This document shows, piece after piece, positions 62,046 to 64,000 of a DNA stretch of 64,000 bases; position 1 is the first letter of the stretch, and each line of letters opens with the position of its first letter. The notes below the pieces were generated by a model. That model made no database searches and was not told the DNA's origin. It saw only the letters and a program-made list of their open reading frames with translations. The translations under genes were made by a program, and so were the position numbers. The stretch is from Chara braunii (Eukaryota > Plantae > Charophyceae), in assembly GCA_003427395.1 (NCBI GenBank), contig BFEA01000015.1, forward strand, positions 2,016,025-2,080,024, read 5' to 3'.

Positions 62046-64000
62046 GAAGCTGGTCACTGCCGCCCTGAGGTTGGATGCGGTTTGGACCTGCCGCTTCGGC
62101 CTCCAGTTCCTCTCCCAACAATTCTGCTTCAGTATTGTTCGGGGGACTCTGAGGACCAAACTGGCTTACAAAAGTTTGTGTTTCAAGTATATCACTAGAG
62201 CCTGACACCCTTAACCAATCCGCTATATGGGCAGCAGACAAGCATGACCCCAGTCGTATACCTTTTAAGCTTGCTGACTCTGGGGATCCAAGGGCATCCA
62301 GGGAATACCAATGAAAGCTGGACTGAGCCCATTGCTCTTTCGTCCCTTCCATAGTTACCATCTTTAGGAAGGCCAGATGAAGAACATATTTGCCCTTGTC
62401 TTCTGTCTCTACCACATATCTTCCCCTTTTAGGATCTGACAGACATTGGATAGAACCCATTCCTTTCAAGACCGAGGTCTGTGTTACCTCAACCACCTGG
62501 GAGTCTGTTGGCTGAGTACGCACCCTTATTGAGGGGAGGCTCAGTGATTCATCCTCCGCTACTAGAGTCAGGAACTTTGGTCCTTGTTGTGAGTTTACAC
62601 AGATCAGTGGAACTAGTAGGTCTATTGACTTCTTAGCCTCCTTGTTTGCTCTTGATAGAGTAGTCATGGGGGCCGCGAACGCAAGATCCCACTGAAGACC
62701 ACCTTTCTCCATTGGTCTCTTCTTTGACGGAATCTTAGTCGGGGATTTTTCCTCAGGCAAATCATCTTGATATGATTTCCGCATTACTATTCCCATATCA
62801 TTTAGTTTGCCCTTCTTTACTGGAGGGTTCTCACAACTGAGTTCCCCCGTTTGTCCGTTCCCCTTTTCCCCAGTCCGTCTTTCTCTTCTCTTCCCTGTCT
62901 CTTTGGTTTTCTTTCCTTTTTTTAAGTCTGCCTTTTTAATGGTCGATCTAGCTTTAAAGAGAATTTCAGCAGCTTTGACCACCTCCATTTCATCAGACTG
63001 TATATCCTCAGTGAGGGCAGCCTTCTTCAGCCCAGATCCTTCTCCCAGTATAACAGGAGGTTGGTCTGGTTTTAAGGGCAGATCTGTAGCTTCCGACTCA
63101 GGTAAGCCCAATTTGGCTTCTTCAATCATTTTGGAGCAATCTTTGAAAATTGCTGCCGCTTCGCTGCTCATCGTGATATCCTTAGCTTCTCTCTGTGTCT
63201 TTGTTATCCTCGAATCCCCTTTCTCCTCCTCCGCCTTGTGTCCCTCCCCCTCTGACTGCCCCTTATCATTTTGCTTGACCTCCTCTTCCTCCACCGGGAT
63301 TCTTCCTTTCCCGTCTCCTCTAGGGGTCTTTTTCCCTTTCATAGCAACAGTCCATTTCTGGACTAGGCGGCTCTTCTCCTTACGGATTTTCGGCCTTCCC
63401 GTCCCTCCCTTCGACCCTTTTCCCAATGCTTCCCTTGTGTCCTTATCCTTAACCTCTGACTTCTGGGTTTGTTCTGAGCCCCTTTTCTCCCCATTCTCCC
63501 CCTTCTCTCCTTTATCCCCTTCCTCACCTTTCCTTTCCCGTTCCATGTCTTCGTCCTTCTTCTGGTCTTGGAGCTCACTCCCCTTCATCAGAGCTTTTTT
63601 GTAATCCATCTTCTCGTTTGTGGTAGAGTCCTTTTTTGCCTCCGTTCTCACAGCCAAGGGACAGGCCGGGTTGTTTTCCTCATGGAAAAAATGTTTGCAC
63701 GCCCTACACCAAGGTGAGTCAGGGCAAGCCACGTTCAACTCAACATAGCCATGATCCCCCAGATCAATAATCAAGACTTTTTTGTACGCCACACGTGCAG
63801 AAGGCACCAAATCAAACCTGACATTCCAGAGGTCAGGCGAGATTGGGTCTGCAAACGCTGGGGCTACTCTTAACACCTTTCCAAATGCCTTTGCTACTGC
63901 GCCTCTCAGATGAGGGAGTGCTGCAATTGGGACCTGAATTACCCTGATCCAGAAAAACTGAAACTTCAGGGATTCATTCCATTCGTACAACTCATATTCG
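62032..64000 (-). CDS. LINE ORF1 (at least 652 aa, N-terminus probably outside the window)
   Basis: FWIRVIQVP...FGKV, CRACKHFFHEENNPAC knuckle, charged linker, globular-looking C-terminus; overlaps the ORF2 start by 14 nt. Confidence 0.85.
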   Translation of the reverse strand, partial: EYELYEWNESLKFQFFWIRVIQVPIAALPHLRGAVAKAFGKVLRVAPAFADPISPDLWNVRFDLVPSARVAYKKVLIIDLGDHGYVELNVACPDSPWCRACKHFFHEENNPACPLAVRTEAKKDSTTNEKMDYKKALMKGSELQDQKKDEDMERERKGEEGDKGEKGENGEKRGSEQTQKSEVKDKDTREALGKGSKGGTGRPKIRKEKSRLVQKWTVAMKGKKTPRGDGKGRIPVEEEEVKQNDKGQSEGEGHKAEEEKGDSRITKTQREAKDITMSSEAAAIFKDCSKMIEEAKLGLPESEATDLPLKPDQPPVILGEGSGLKKAALTEDIQSDEMEVVKAAEILFKARSTIKKADLKKGKKTKETGKRRERRTGEKGNGQTGELSCENPPVKKGKLNDMGIVMRKSYQDDLPEEKSPTKIPSKKRPMEKGGLQWDLAFAAPMTTLSRANKEAKKSIDLLVPLICVNSQQGPKFLTLVAEDESLSLPSIRVRTQPTDSQVVEVTQTSVLKGMGSIQCLSDPKRGRYVVETEDKGKYVLHLAFLKMVTMEGTKEQWAQSSFHWYSLDALGSPESASLKGIRLGSCLSAAHIADWLRVSGSSDILETQTFVSQFGPQSPPNNTEAELLGEELEAEAAGPNRIQPQGGSDQLHGPA

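Larger units (their letters stand above)
57244..64000 (-). mobile_element. Nearly intact L1/Tx1-type LINE extending past the window end
   Basis: ORF1, ORF2, 3'UTR motif at 57391-57416, poly-T at 57244-57286. Confidence 0.95.

Noticed and set aside
62807-63604. 265-aa plus-strand ORF
   Set aside because: Antisense shadow of the purine-rich ORF1 linker.

Overview
Eukaryotic, repeat-dense window with assembly gaps. A plant-type U6 fragment, long microsatellites and the element families suggest a streptophyte alga such as Chara (inference). It holds one likely host gene (696-aa membrane protein, 6820-8910, minus strand). The rest is nested mobile DNA: several L1/Tx1-type LINEs, a Harbinger transposase remnant with MITE families, tRNA-derived SINE-like repeats, two U6 pseudo-copies, and at least five members of an unusual Ty3/Gypsy-like family. 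That family is the main candidate for an undescribed system. (1) The 5' LTR runs straight into the tRNA-Met PBS with no terminal CA. (2) There is no polypurine tract; a palindromic abutted att junction (CGTCACA-TA-TGTGACG) sits before the 3' LTR, and its ~11-nt left half is repeated, element-specifically, at the extreme 3' end (A1-body-B1-A2-B2). This is the footprint expected if a DDE integrase opens a circular intermediate. (3) Every LTR carries a homolog of a ~190-aa CxxC protein. (4) Three conserved accessory ORFs follow a PHD-like/integrase region. All alignments were made by eye and no database search was run, so novelty is unverified.
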